A DNA stretch of 63,947 bases from an uncultured Bdellovibrio sp. (GTDB lineage: Bacteria; Bdellovibrionota; Bdellovibrionia; Bdellovibrionales; Bdellovibrionaceae). A program made the position numbers and the translations under genes. The first letter of the stretch is position 1. Every line of letters starts with the position of its first letter. The notes beneath the pieces were generated by a model. It did no database searches. It was not told the DNA's origin and saw nothing but the letters and a program-made list of their open reading frames with translations. The stretch lies in assembly GCA_963932905.1 (NCBI GenBank), contig CAWVRN010000028.1:1-63947 (forward strand). Direction: 5' to 3'. Of the stretch, positions 49,763-58,797 are shown piece by piece.

Positions 49763-50890
49763 TTAAAGATTGAGCGATTTTAATAAATTCGTCTTTTTCT
49801 GAGCAAGAGAACGTGACGTCACTTTCTCTATGTAGAGGCGCGCTTGGTTGCTATCATCCACTAACTGGGCGCTGTATGCCATTGCATAATTGAAGTCATC
49901 GTTGTTCCACTTGGCTTCTGTACCGAGGGACGCTAGGCGAGAATGTAGCGAGTATAATTGAGCCCAATCTTCATTGTTAATAAAATAGACGAACCAGTTT
50001 TTTAAATGCTGGCTATCGTCTTTTAAATTCATTCGATGGAATAATGAATAGGACTTAATGTGCATGATATTCATGAGTTCTAATTGGACATTTAAAACAC
50101 CATCATCTGTTTTTAATTCGGACAGTAAATTAAGTGCGCTAAAGTATAAGTCTTTTTTAAACAGGACTTGCGCCAAGTTAAGTTTGATCAAGTCATTTTT
50201 TGGAAACAACATCCGCGCGTGTTCTAAAAAACTATGAACTTCGGTATCTAATCCAGTAGATAAAAAGATTTCGGCTAGAGTTAAGGCCTCCTCGGCTGAT
50301 TTGATCTGGCCTTTATCCATCGCGGTGTTGATGACCAAAATCGCCTCATGAATCAGTTTGTTTTTAGTGAGTTCTTCTGCATAAAATTTTAAGAGAGGGA
50401 ATTGAAATGAATTTTTCAAATAGGATTCGCTCCATGCAAGGATTTGGGATATGTGCTCGGGTTGGCTAGCCGCTGATTTTAGAAATACAATTTCGGACGA
50501 TAGGTTTTTTTCAAACGAAGATTTTTGATACGTTTCTAAAATCTTCAATCCATCCGCCCAATTTTGAGTTTTTAGATACTGCGCTAAGATTTTTTCCTGA
50601 GCCAAGTGTGAATATTTTAAAGACAATGACTTTTCTAACGATCGGATGCTGTCATGATCGGCATGGTCGTGTATTTGTAGTAGGCCTTGGATTAAATAGT
50701 ATTCTGCCGGTGAATGATTCTGAAATGTTTGCTTTTCTTTTTTAAAGACCTGCTGGGCCAGCTCCCATTGCCTATCTTCGATAAGTTTAAGGACTAACGT
50801 TTCGCCTTCGTAGTTGTCATAACGTGGATCAATCGTCGTTTCAGAGAAGACGAATTGGGAGAGTGCTATAAATAAAATAAATAATTTCAT
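49763..50890 (-). CDS. Periplasmic TPR-like helical protein of the TonB locus
   Basis: AGGA RBS; signal peptide MKLFILFIALSQFVFS; helical TPR-like patterns; follows tonB. Confidence 0.72.
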   Translation of the reverse strand: MKLFILFIALSQFVFSETTIDPRYDNYEGETLVLKLIEDRQWELAQQVFKKEKQTFQNHSPAEYYLIQGLLQIHDHADHDSIRSLEKSLSLKYSHLAQEKILAQYLKTQNWADGLKILETYQKSSFEKNLSSEIVFLKSAASQPEHISQILAWSESYLKNSFQFPLLKFYAEELTKNKLIHEAILVINTAMDKGQIKSAEEALTLAEIFLSTGLDTEVHSFLEHARMLFPKNDLIKLNLAQVLFKKDLYFSALNLLSELKTDDGVLNVQLELMNIMHIKSYSLFHRMNLKDDSQHLKNWFVYFINNEDWAQLYSLHSRLASLGTEAKWNNDDFNYAMAYSAQLVDDSNQARLYIEKVTSRSLAQKKTNLLKSLNL

Positions 50891-50903
50891 AGTTATTCCT
50901 ATG

Positions 50904-51515
50904 TTATTCCAGCTTAAATTCAATTCGACGTTTAATGGTCGATTCGACCGGGGTTCCATTTTGATAAGCAGCTGAAAATTTCCAGTTTTTTACTGATTCA
51001 ACCGCCGAGGACTCGAAATACCCTTCAGGATTGGCTTCTATGACATCGATGGATTTGATCGCGGAACTTTGATCGATCGTAATCTGGACGCGCACGTAAC
51101 CAGTGATGTTTTTCTTTTTTGCAGCATCGGGAAACTGAGGATCTGTTTTCGACAGAATCTGTACGTCGCTGGTCTGTGAAGATTTCGAATCACTAAACGA
51201 GCCCGAAGCCGATGCCTGTTGGTCCGCCTGTGAAATCATCCCGCTGCCACTGCCGCTGGAACCGAATGCTTTCAGGCCCGAGAACGGAGTCGAGCTGATG
51301 GCCGATGGTTTTTCAAGTGATTCTGTTTTTCTCACTTTCTTTGGTCGCGGAGGCGCTTTCGGTGGCGTCATGGGCACTTCGACTTTGCTGACCTTGTGCT
51401 GACTTGCGGCCGGTGCCGAGGATTCAGTTTCTAGAGCATTCGTGTTTGAAAATAGGTAGGCTAGACCGGAAGCCATTATGAAACCTAAAAAAATGACTCT
51501 AAGAACTTTATTCAT
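50904..51515 (-). CDS. tonB: Energy transducer TonB
   Basis: N-terminal TM, Pro/Ser-rich linker, TonB_C domain PQFPDAAKKKNITGYV...FESSAVESVKNWKF. Confidence 0.9.
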   Translation of the reverse strand: MNKVLRVIFLGFIMASGLAYLFSNTNALETESSAPAASQHKVSKVEVPMTPPKAPPRPKKVRKTESLEKPSAISSTPFSGLKAFGSSGSGSGMISQADQQASASGSFSDSKSSQTSDVQILSKTDPQFPDAAKKKNITGYVRVQITIDQSSAIKSIDVIEANPEGYFESSAVESVKNWKFSAAYQNGTPVESTIKRRIEFKLE

Positions 51516-51516
51516 T

Positions 51517-52284
51517 TTAACTCTTTGCTAGTTGGATAAAGATCCATCCGATCGAAAAGAATACCAGTGCCAGGAAAATCCCTGGCAATAAATCCATAAT
51601 TCGGTTGAAAAGATTTTTCTCTTTTAAAATGGGTTGCGTTTTATTAAATGGTAGCTGAACAAATGCTGCAGCTACAAACGGAGAATCCGAAGAAACTTTA
51701 TCAAATGAAGATTCCGTTGTTTCCGCGTAGTACCCGGTATCGGTCAGTGATAGGACTGTCCACTTGCTGTCTTTGTCTAGGAATCGAACAAAGGGACCTA
51801 AATGAAACACTCTGCCTTCTTGCAGGGTTTGATTTAAATCCGTATAGCTTTTTGTTGCAGAAAACGTTTGTGACATCAATGCGATTGTTTTGGCTTGGGT
51901 ATTCAAGGCACCGATTAGTGAATTGTCGTTCATTTCAGGTTTTGTGGGCACGAAGTAAATCATTTCTTCGTTCTTTGATTTGATCCAGTCCAAGCGATCA
52001 GAGAGCGCCGATTGACTTTGTGATTGCTTTTTCGCTAGGCGACTGTATTCCGCAACTTCATTTTCAGTCGTTTCAAGCTCGGCCGCCAATCGCGCTTTTT
52101 CTTGATGAAGACCATCTAGCTGGCGATTTAGATCGGTACTTTTTTTGGCTTGTTGGGATTTAATGTTAGTCAGCTGTTTTTCTAGAGTTTGGCGCTGGCT
52201 AGTCACGAAATCGAGTTCACGTTTGAAAATATCGGTTTCCGCTTGGGCGAAAAAGGGAAGCAGAACTAATAAGTATTTAATCAT
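51517..52284 (-). CDS. Periplasmic coiled-coil protein with a C-terminal TM (resembles the TtpC N-terminal half)
   Basis: Signal peptide, coiled coil, GRVFHLGPF, a single C-terminal TM; sits between the DUF3450-like gene and tonB. Confidence 0.65.
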   Translation of the reverse strand: MIKYLLVLLPFFAQAETDIFKRELDFVTSQRQTLEKQLTNIKSQQAKKSTDLNRQLDGLHQEKARLAAELETTENEVAEYSRLAKKQSQSQSALSDRLDWIKSKNEEMIYFVPTKPEMNDNSLIGALNTQAKTIALMSQTFSATKSYTDLNQTLQEGRVFHLGPFVRFLDKDSKWTVLSLTDTGYYAETTESSFDKVSSDSPFVAAAFVQLPFNKTQPILKEKNLFNRIMDLLPGIFLALVFFSIGWIFIQLAKS

Positions 52285-52293
52285 ATAGCCTCT

Positions 52294-53037
52294 TTAGTTA
52301 ACCATTCCAGGTGTTAGAACTAACTCTGAAAGCAAGCGATCGGTATTTTTGTTGTCTTTTGATTCTACTAAATGAACGATTTTACTTTTAACGCCGTCGT
52401 CAGCGATCTGTTGATGAAATAGACGATCATTCTTGCGGTAATAGATTCCCGTCTGACCAGTCGATGTCTTATAGTACAAAGTTGTCAAACCCAGCCTGAA
52501 TACAGCGGCGTCTTGTACGTCCCCTTCAATAGATAGGCGACGTAGCTTGCGCTGGGTTTCCGACGCTAACTTTCTTTCAGCCTCAAGAAATTGACTCCAT
52601 TGCAAAACAGTTTCGCTGACTAATTCTTTTGATGGATGCAGTGCTGTTTTAATTGTTTTGATTTTTTCTAGGCGTTGCTCGATATCCCATGGAAGGCCAG
52701 TTTTTACGAAGGTTTCGTACTCCGAAATTCCCTTCAGAAGTAGCTCGCGATTGACTTCGATCGACGAGACGTCTTTTTTAGAGCCGGCCTCTGCTAGAAA
52801 ATGAGCCCGTTTCGTTTTAGCTTCTGATAATTTACGTTTTGTTTCTTTCACTTCGTCTTGAATTGCTAGTATCTTTTCATTGGTGCGATCAGTTTCGGCA
52901 GCAGCGGCGCGGATTTCACTTTGCAATTCAGAATTCAGTGATTCCAGCTGCGCGCGTTCGCTGATTAGTTTTTGGATGTCTTGTTCGCTGGCGTAAACCA
53001 AGACTGGAAGCAGAGTTAATACTAAATACTTTTTCAT
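52294..53037 (-). CDS. DUF3450-family (TtpB-like) periplasmic protein
   Basis: Signal peptide, coiled coil, GLPWDIEQR, FRLGLTTLYYKT..G. Confidence 0.75.
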   Translation of the reverse strand: MKKYLVLTLLPVLVYASEQDIQKLISERAQLESLNSELQSEIRAAAAETDRTNEKILAIQDEVKETKRKLSEAKTKRAHFLAEAGSKKDVSSIEVNRELLLKGISEYETFVKTGLPWDIEQRLEKIKTIKTALHPSKELVSETVLQWSQFLEAERKLASETQRKLRRLSIEGDVQDAAVFRLGLTTLYYKTSTGQTGIYYRKNDRLFHQQIADDGVKSKIVHLVESKDNKNTDRLLSELVLTPGMVN

Positions 53038-53438
53038 GGGTTCTCCACAGTCGTGACACTTAATTCTTTAACGCCGGCCGATTTCGCAACGTCCATGACG
53101 GCGATAACATAGCCATAGTCTAAATCCTTATCTGCGGAAACAACGGCGCTGATTTCTGGATTTTTATTCAGCTCACTGCCCAGTTGCCCGCGCAGGTCAT
53201 TTAGGTCCGTTAATTTTTGATTGATAAAAATTTCCCTCGATTTGTTGACTGAAATAGCGATTGGCAATTCTGATTTCTTATCGGAAAAGCTTGATTCTGG
53301 CAGATTCATGTCGACCTGATTTTGTTTTTGAGCTTGCGACGTGATCATAAAAATAATTAAAACCACTAAAATGATATCGACCAGTGGGACGATATTGATA
53401 TCGGAAATTTCAGTGTCTGTACTTTGGCTTTTAGCCAC
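53034..53438 (-). CDS. exbD: Biopolymer transporter ExbD/TolR
   Basis: INIVPLVDIILVVLIIFMIT, LPES, SADKDLDYGYVIAVMD..KSAG; GTG 53438 with GGAGG RBS. Confidence 0.92.
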   Translation of the reverse strand: MAKSQSTDTEISDINIVPLVDIILVVLIIFMITSQAQKQNQVDMNLPESSFSDKKSELPIAISVNKSREIFINQKLTDLNDLRGQLGSELNKNPEISAVVSADKDLDYGYVIAVMDVAKSAGVKELSVTTVENP

Positions 53439-54069
53439 GGGTACCTCCCATATTTTTTTCTGAGTGGGCCACTTCAACCACATGTTGGACTAAGTCCAAA
53501 GTTTCGTTGACGTATTTAACTTGCTTTTGAAAATAATTGTACGCTAGAACCGCGGGGATCGCAGCCAGCAAACCCGCAGCCGTTGCAATCAGCGCGGAAG
53601 AAATGCCGGCCATCACTGATCCTTGGCCTCCAGCGCCTGATTGGCCCATGTCGTTGAATGATTTCATGATTCCAAGCACAGTTCCGAATAGACCGATGTA
53701 GGGCGCGTTGGACCCGACGGTAGCCAGGAAACCCAAGTATTTTTCTAGTGCCGGCTTGTTTAAATTTTTTACGGATTCAACCAAAGAGCTCAGGTTGGGC
53801 GAGCGACTTGTGCGACAGTGATTCAGCGCCATCTGAAGTGTTGCGTTCGGCAGTGATTCACCTTTGGCGATTCTGTCTAGGCCGTTAAAGTTGGCGCTTT
53901 GAATAAGTGGTGATACTTCGCCTTTGAATCGTTTACTTTCCGTCACCAGCCGTTTCAGGCTAAAGTAGCGGTCGATAATCATATAAAGACTCATCAAGCA
54001 AAGCCCTAGTAGTAGATACAGAACCACTTGATCGGCTAAATGGGCAACAGCGAATATACGATCGTTCAT
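53431..54069 (-). CDS. exbB: MotA/TolQ/ExbB proton channel protein
   Basis: LATVGSNAPYIGLFGTVLGIM..F and GISSALIATAAGLLAAIPA...YNYF. Confidence 0.93.
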   Translation of the reverse strand: MNDRIFAVAHLADQVVLYLLLGLCLMSLYMIIDRYFSLKRLVTESKRFKGEVSPLIQSANFNGLDRIAKGESLPNATLQMALNHCRTSRSPNLSSLVESVKNLNKPALEKYLGFLATVGSNAPYIGLFGTVLGIMKSFNDMGQSGAGGQGSVMAGISSALIATAAGLLAAIPAVLAYNYFQKQVKYVNETLDLVQHVVEVAHSEKNMGGTRG

Positions 54070-54078
54070 GATGACCTC

Positions 54079-54768
54079 CTAATATTGAGCCCCGCGGCTC
54101 AAAAGCATTTTTTCAATTCGTTTCAAATTTAATTCTTGTGATAAAACTAAAGCCGATTTTCCGGCTTGATTTTTTAAATGCACATCGGTTGCAAACGAGG
54201 GATTCAGCAACAGGCGAACGACATTTTCCAAATTGTTAGTGACGGCATAAGTCAGTGGTGTTTCGCCTTTGGCTGAAAAAAAGTTTGGATTCAGCTTTTG
54301 TTCGAGTAAACGTTTTAGTTCATCGTTATCTTCGGATTCTAGGTAGCTAAATAGTTCGTCTTGAAATTTAGGTAATAGAGCTGGATCTAGTAACACTTGG
54401 AAATTAATTTTCTCTGAGCACATTTCAACGGTGTCGGCGCCAGTTTGGTCTTTAATTTTAGGATCGGCTCCTAAAGCGATAAGACGTTTGAAGATATCTT
54501 CGCGTTCCCATAATACACTTTCGTTTAGTAGCGTACGCCCGCTATCTAGAATTGCATTCACTGATAGGCCGCCGGCAATTAGCGTATTGATCGAAGTCCA
54601 GTCATTATTTTGAATGGCTGTGGAAATTTGTTCTGACGGCGAGAGAATAATTTTTTGATTTTGTTTTCCGTCGTCTTTACGAGCATAGCCATAGTATTCA
54701 GCATCGTTGCGGCTGCAAGCGATCGATAAAAAACTTAAACTCAAAAGAAGGCCAATTATTAATCTCAT
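54079..54768 (-). CDS. Ankyrin-repeat lipoprotein
   Basis: Lipobox SIAC; ankyrin motifs GRTLL, LIALGADP, GETPLTYAV, GKSAL, LLSRGA. Confidence 0.88.
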   Translation of the reverse strand: MRLIIGLLLSLSFLSIACSRNDAEYYGYARKDDGKQNQKIILSPSEQISTAIQNNDWTSINTLIAGGLSVNAILDSGRTLLNESVLWEREDIFKRLIALGADPKIKDQTGADTVEMCSEKINFQVLLDPALLPKFQDELFSYLESEDNDELKRLLEQKLNPNFFSAKGETPLTYAVTNNLENVVRLLLNPSFATDVHLKNQAGKSALVLSQELNLKRIEKMLLSRGAQY

Positions 54769-57377
54769 AAAAAGTTATAGCTCCAGCTGACTGAATAGGC
54801 GTCGCCTTTTTTCTCCTGGCGGACGACATCGCCACCTTGGGTGTAACGAACATCAGGGTTTAAAACGTTTCGTCCGCGTAGTGAGAACAAAGAGGATTTT
54901 GACCAGCGATAGTTAGACGTTAAATCGATTTGTGGTTGCGGTTCCTCATAGATATCGGGTCTATTTTGGGTGCCGACTTCAGTGATGCGACGACCGATCA
55001 TATTGAAAACTACGTTCCAGTTCCACGCGACATTTGGATTTTCGTAACCGATCTGCCAGTTAACGATGTAAGGAGATTGGCCTTGTAGTGGGCGTTCTTT
55101 AGACGTTTGCAATCCCATGATGTCGTTAGATAAATCCACTTTTGAATCGATAGAAGATAGATTGTATGAAAAATAGAATCGGCGTAAATCACGGGATAGA
55201 TAGCGTAAATTAAATCTGTTTTCTAGTTCAATGCCCTGACTGTAGGCGCTTTTTGAATTGCCGAAAGTTTTTCTAAGATTGGGACTGGGTTCAAATTGTG
55301 ATTCAATAGGGTTAGTAAATTCTTTGCGGAAAAAACCAATAGATAGATATTCGTCTTCTTTCCAAAAGTATTCATAGCGATGATCGAAATTTTGAACCAA
55401 AGTCGTTTTCAGCAGGGGATTGCCTACGGTTTCGTAACCAGAGTCTTCGTCGATATACGGCGCCGTCGATAATTCTCTGAAGTCTGGACGAGCCAGTGTT
55501 TGTGACAGGCTAGTACGCACTTTGACTTGTTCTGAGACTTTATAGTTCAGATTTATGGCAGGAAGCTGATTGTATGTTCGAATACCTGACAGAGAGGAGA
55601 TATTTTCCGGGTCGTAGTAATAGAATGTACCGACCTCCATTTGATTACGTTCTGCGCGTACACCGGCACCAAGTTCCCAATCGCTACCCATTTGCCATTC
55701 TGTCCAGACATACTGACTGTCCAGCATTTGTTTTCCGTAGTAACTATCAGCGCTGTCCGTAACGCTTAGGAATTGAAATGTGTCCGAGCTTTTGAATTGA
55801 TTAAAAATCGTATCATAATCTTTGGACAGGTCATAATTTTTAGAATTCACATCGGTGTCTTTAAAATGAAAACGGTACACGTCACTACTACGATCGCGCT
55901 TGTTACGAAGCATGCCGATTTTAATTTTTACATTATCCAGTTTATACCAAAGATCTAAATTGGCTTCCTGAGTTTTATCGTCGAGGAAACCGTAGTTACG
56001 GCGATTGCCTGTTGTATCAGTATTGAATTCATATTCATTTGTTTTCAACAAATAGGTGTATTCTTTAGCATCGGGCGCGTATCGAGAGGCTTTGGAATCC
56101 TGAATTTTCCAATCGACAAATAGACCCGTGGCTTTCGCTTCGTCAATGGTCAAGTCGTTGTCGCTGATAAGTCGGTGCAAACCGGAAATTTGCTGGCGAC
56201 CCAAAGTGCGTTCGATCCATTCAATCTGGGTACGACGACGCGACTTTACGGAGTCGCCGGTGACGGTGTATGTTTTCACACCAGTTTCGTTGCTGGTGTC
56301 GTTTAAATTTAGAAGATTAAAACGCAGTTTATTCTTTGCTTGTGAGAATTCAAAATCAAGCTGGGCGGATGACTTAATTTGATTTTCAAATGTTTGTGTT
56401 TCTGATGTTTCATCTAGCGCCATTTCCGTATCGTTAATGGCATTTAGCTTTTTACCTTCAATCAAGCGTTGATCGTATGAGTTGGCATAGTTAACGCTGC
56501 CCAAGTGGCTCAATTTGAATTCTTCATATTTCCAAACTTTTCCCCAGTTTAAAGACATGTTCGGCATCGTTGTCGGATTAGTCGGTTTTAAATCATAGTT
56601 TGATTTAAATTCTTTGCCCATGTTTTGCAAATCGGATCTAGAAAAACCTTCTGTACTAAGACCTTCAATTTTTTCAATTACCCGTTGGCGTTTTTCAATT
56701 TGTGATTTTACAATCGACGGCATCGTTCGATAGGAACGATCTTTGCCCCAGATGTCGCTAGGCGAAGACTCTGGGAATAGAAGCGAATTTTCGTTGTCTA
56801 ATTGCAGGCCAATTTTCAAAGACAATAGATCTTGCGATGGAGCTGACTTTGATGTCAGGCTTATAAGTCCGCCGCCGAATTCCGCGGGAAGATCTGTTGA
56901 GTAACTTTTTTTTACCTGAATATTTTCAAGCAATGCGACCGGAAACAGATCCAGTGGAACAATACGTCGTGATGGTTCCGGAGACGGAACAGATTGCGAA
57001 TTGTACAAAACTGACGAGTAGCGTTCGCCTAGCCCGCGCACATAAACATATTTTCCATTCATTAACGTCAAGCCAGTCACGCGCTTTAAAGACTGTGCGG
57101 AATCGCTGTCGCCAGTTTTAGCCATCGATTCCGCACTTAAAACTTCACTCACTTGTAGGGACGATTTTTTCTCGTTTAAAAGTTCAGCTAATGATCCTTT
57201 GATTTTTGGTGCTAACACCATAATCGTTTCTTCGGACTGAGCAAAAGATAAATTAGCTGAAATTTGAGATACCAGAAAAACACAAACAGCCAGGTACTTT
57301 TTAGTACCCAGCTGTCGAGAACGAAATGCACATAAAGATAAAGGATGGACTATCTTACTGTCCAACCTTGAGTCCAA
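54765..57377 (-). CDS. TonB-dependent receptor
   Basis: Plug motifs DSDSAQSLKRVTG, YVYVRGLGERY, VPLDLFP, KSYSTDLPAEFGGG; barrel motifs TLARPDFREL, VGNPLL, RPLQGQSPY. Start uncertain (overlaps the upstream stop). Confidence 0.94.
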   Translation of the reverse strand: MDSRLDSKIVHPLSLCAFRSRQLGTKKYLAVCVFLVSQISANLSFAQSEETIMVLAPKIKGSLAELLNEKKSSLQVSEVLSAESMAKTGDSDSAQSLKRVTGLTLMNGKYVYVRGLGERYSSVLYNSQSVPSPEPSRRIVPLDLFPVALLENIQVKKSYSTDLPAEFGGGLISLTSKSAPSQDLLSLKIGLQLDNENSLLFPESSPSDIWGKDRSYRTMPSIVKSQIEKRQRVIEKIEGLSTEGFSRSDLQNMGKEFKSNYDLKPTNPTTMPNMSLNWGKVWKYEEFKLSHLGSVNYANSYDQRLIEGKKLNAINDTEMALDETSETQTFENQIKSSAQLDFEFSQAKNKLRFNLLNLNDTSNETGVKTYTVTGDSVKSRRRTQIEWIERTLGRQQISGLHRLISDNDLTIDEAKATGLFVDWKIQDSKASRYAPDAKEYTYLLKTNEYEFNTDTTGNRRNYGFLDDKTQEANLDLWYKLDNVKIKIGMLRNKRDRSSDVYRFHFKDTDVNSKNYDLSKDYDTIFNQFKSSDTFQFLSVTDSADSYYGKQMLDSQYVWTEWQMGSDWELGAGVRAERNQMEVGTFYYYDPENISSLSGIRTYNQLPAINLNYKVSEQVKVRTSLSQTLARPDFRELSTAPYIDEDSGYETVGNPLLKTTLVQNFDHRYEYFWKEDEYLSIGFFRKEFTNPIESQFEPSPNLRKTFGNSKSAYSQGIELENRFNLRYLSRDLRRFYFSYNLSSIDSKVDLSNDIMGLQTSKERPLQGQSPYIVNWQIGYENPNVAWNWNVVFNMIGRRITEVGTQNRPDIYEEPQPQIDLTSNYRWSKSSLFSLRGRNVLNPDVRYTQGGDVVRQEKKGDAYSVSWSYNFL

Positions 57378-58639
57378 TCTTTCTTAGCGAAAGCCCCTGC
57401 GTGAGTTACACCATCAAAGAATAAATCATCAGACGAAACACCCATTTTTAATAGTGGAGATGTGGCCGCTGGCATATAACCTTGGAGTTGAGGGTCTTGA
57501 GTTGAATTGCCTTTTTGAGACAAGAACCAAGCTTCAGTAGACCAAGCGTCTTTAGCATCGTATTCGAAATTTTTTGCGCTATAAACAATTGAATTTTCGA
57601 ATTTCAAACCTTCGGAATAAACCGCAGTGCCAATCACTTTAGCACCATGAGTGAATGTTTCCGCGTCATCGATATTGATCGCAGATTTACCAGTTCTAAC
57701 AACAACTGAGTTTACGATAGTAGCTGCAGTTCCGCGTCTTAATAGTAAACCGAAAGCAGATTTAGGTGAACCAATGATCGTCATGTTAGAGATCGTTGGA
57801 TTTGAACGAGGCATGGCGTTCATAGGTGATTTCAAGTTGTCTGCTTCGATTCCGTTATCAACGGCATCTTGACCTTGATCGATGAATAAATATTGTACTT
57901 TACCAGTCCAACCCATGTCCCAGTCCAATGAATCATCTTCGTTTGAAGTTAAAACTAGGTATTTTGCGTTGACTGTTCCACCGAAAAATTCAACACCATC
58001 ATCTGAGCTCATGTGAACTTGTACGTTTTCAACTACGGTATCGCTACCTACGGCGTTGAATGTAATACCGTTTAGTTCGTTATCTGGAGAAATCGGGTAA
58101 CCCACGTATTCAATACGTACGTATTTAAGAATGCCACTGTTGTCTTTAGGATTGTTGCCGCCAAATTTAACTTGCTCAATTTTGATACCTTCAGAAACCG
58201 CTTCACAAACTGCTGCCCCCGCTTTGCAAGCATTGATAGGAGCATTACCGTTAAGAACTAAGCCACCCCAGTCACCGCGTTTAGGAGTCGACTGAGCGGA
58301 TGTAAACACGATAGGTTTTTTTGCTGTACCCTGAGCAATGATTTGTGATCCACGCATTACAGAAATGAAAGACGCTGGTAAACCGATGATTTTGGTTCCA
58401 GGTTCAATAACTAATTTAGAGCTTTGTTCGTTGTCGCCGCCGATGAAAACACCATCTGTGATTACATATTCATTTTTTGCAGTTAAAGTTAATTGTGTAT
58501 TAAGGTATTTACCTTTAAGGGAACAGCGTTCAACTGAATTAATAACTCCTAATGAGTCAGTACCGGTTGGGCAAACTGCCATCGCTGCTGAACCAGCAAG
58601 CAATGCAATTGAGAAAATTTTTGATAATTGATTAAGCAT
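57350..58639 (-). CDS. Secreted parallel beta-helix-like TBDR partner protein
   Basis: AGGAGG RBS and signal peptide; IEPGT, PIVFTS, GDWGGL, DNSGILKYVRIEY, ELNG, DDGVEFFGGTV, EDDSLDWD.GW.G, GIEADN. Confidence 0.85.
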   Translation of the reverse strand: MLNQLSKIFSIALLAGSAAMAVCPTGTDSLGVINSVERCSLKGKYLNTQLTLTAKNEYVITDGVFIGGDNEQSSKLVIEPGTKIIGLPASFISVMRGSQIIAQGTAKKPIVFTSAQSTPKRGDWGGLVLNGNAPINACKAGAAVCEAVSEGIKIEQVKFGGNNPKDNSGILKYVRIEYVGYPISPDNELNGITFNAVGSDTVVENVQVHMSSDDGVEFFGGTVNAKYLVLTSNEDDSLDWDMGWTGKVQYLFIDQGQDAVDNGIEADNLKSPMNAMPRSNPTISNMTIIGSPKSAFGLLLRRGTAATIVNSVVVRTGKSAINIDDAETFTHGAKVIGTAVYSEGLKFENSIVYSAKNFEYDAKDAWSTEAWFLSQKGNSTQDPQLQGYMPAATSPLLKMGVSSDDLFFDGVTHAGAFAKKDWTQGWTVR

Positions 58640-58797
58640 CCGAAAACCTCCTAAGATGATTTAGGAAGTAATAGATAATGGGTCCAGATACAATTTAGGA
58701 TTCTGTTGGGAAAAATTCCCGATTGTTGAGATTGTGTTAGGGTAGACTATTCATTCGACTCTATAATAAAATACGTTAGCATTTTATTATAGAGTAA

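Noticed and set aside
53034..54069. ExbB/ExbD as a gliding motor (AglRQS) or Tol-Pal
   Set aside because: The context is TBDR plus TonB, with no tolB/pal or glt-like genes, so uptake is the simpler reading.
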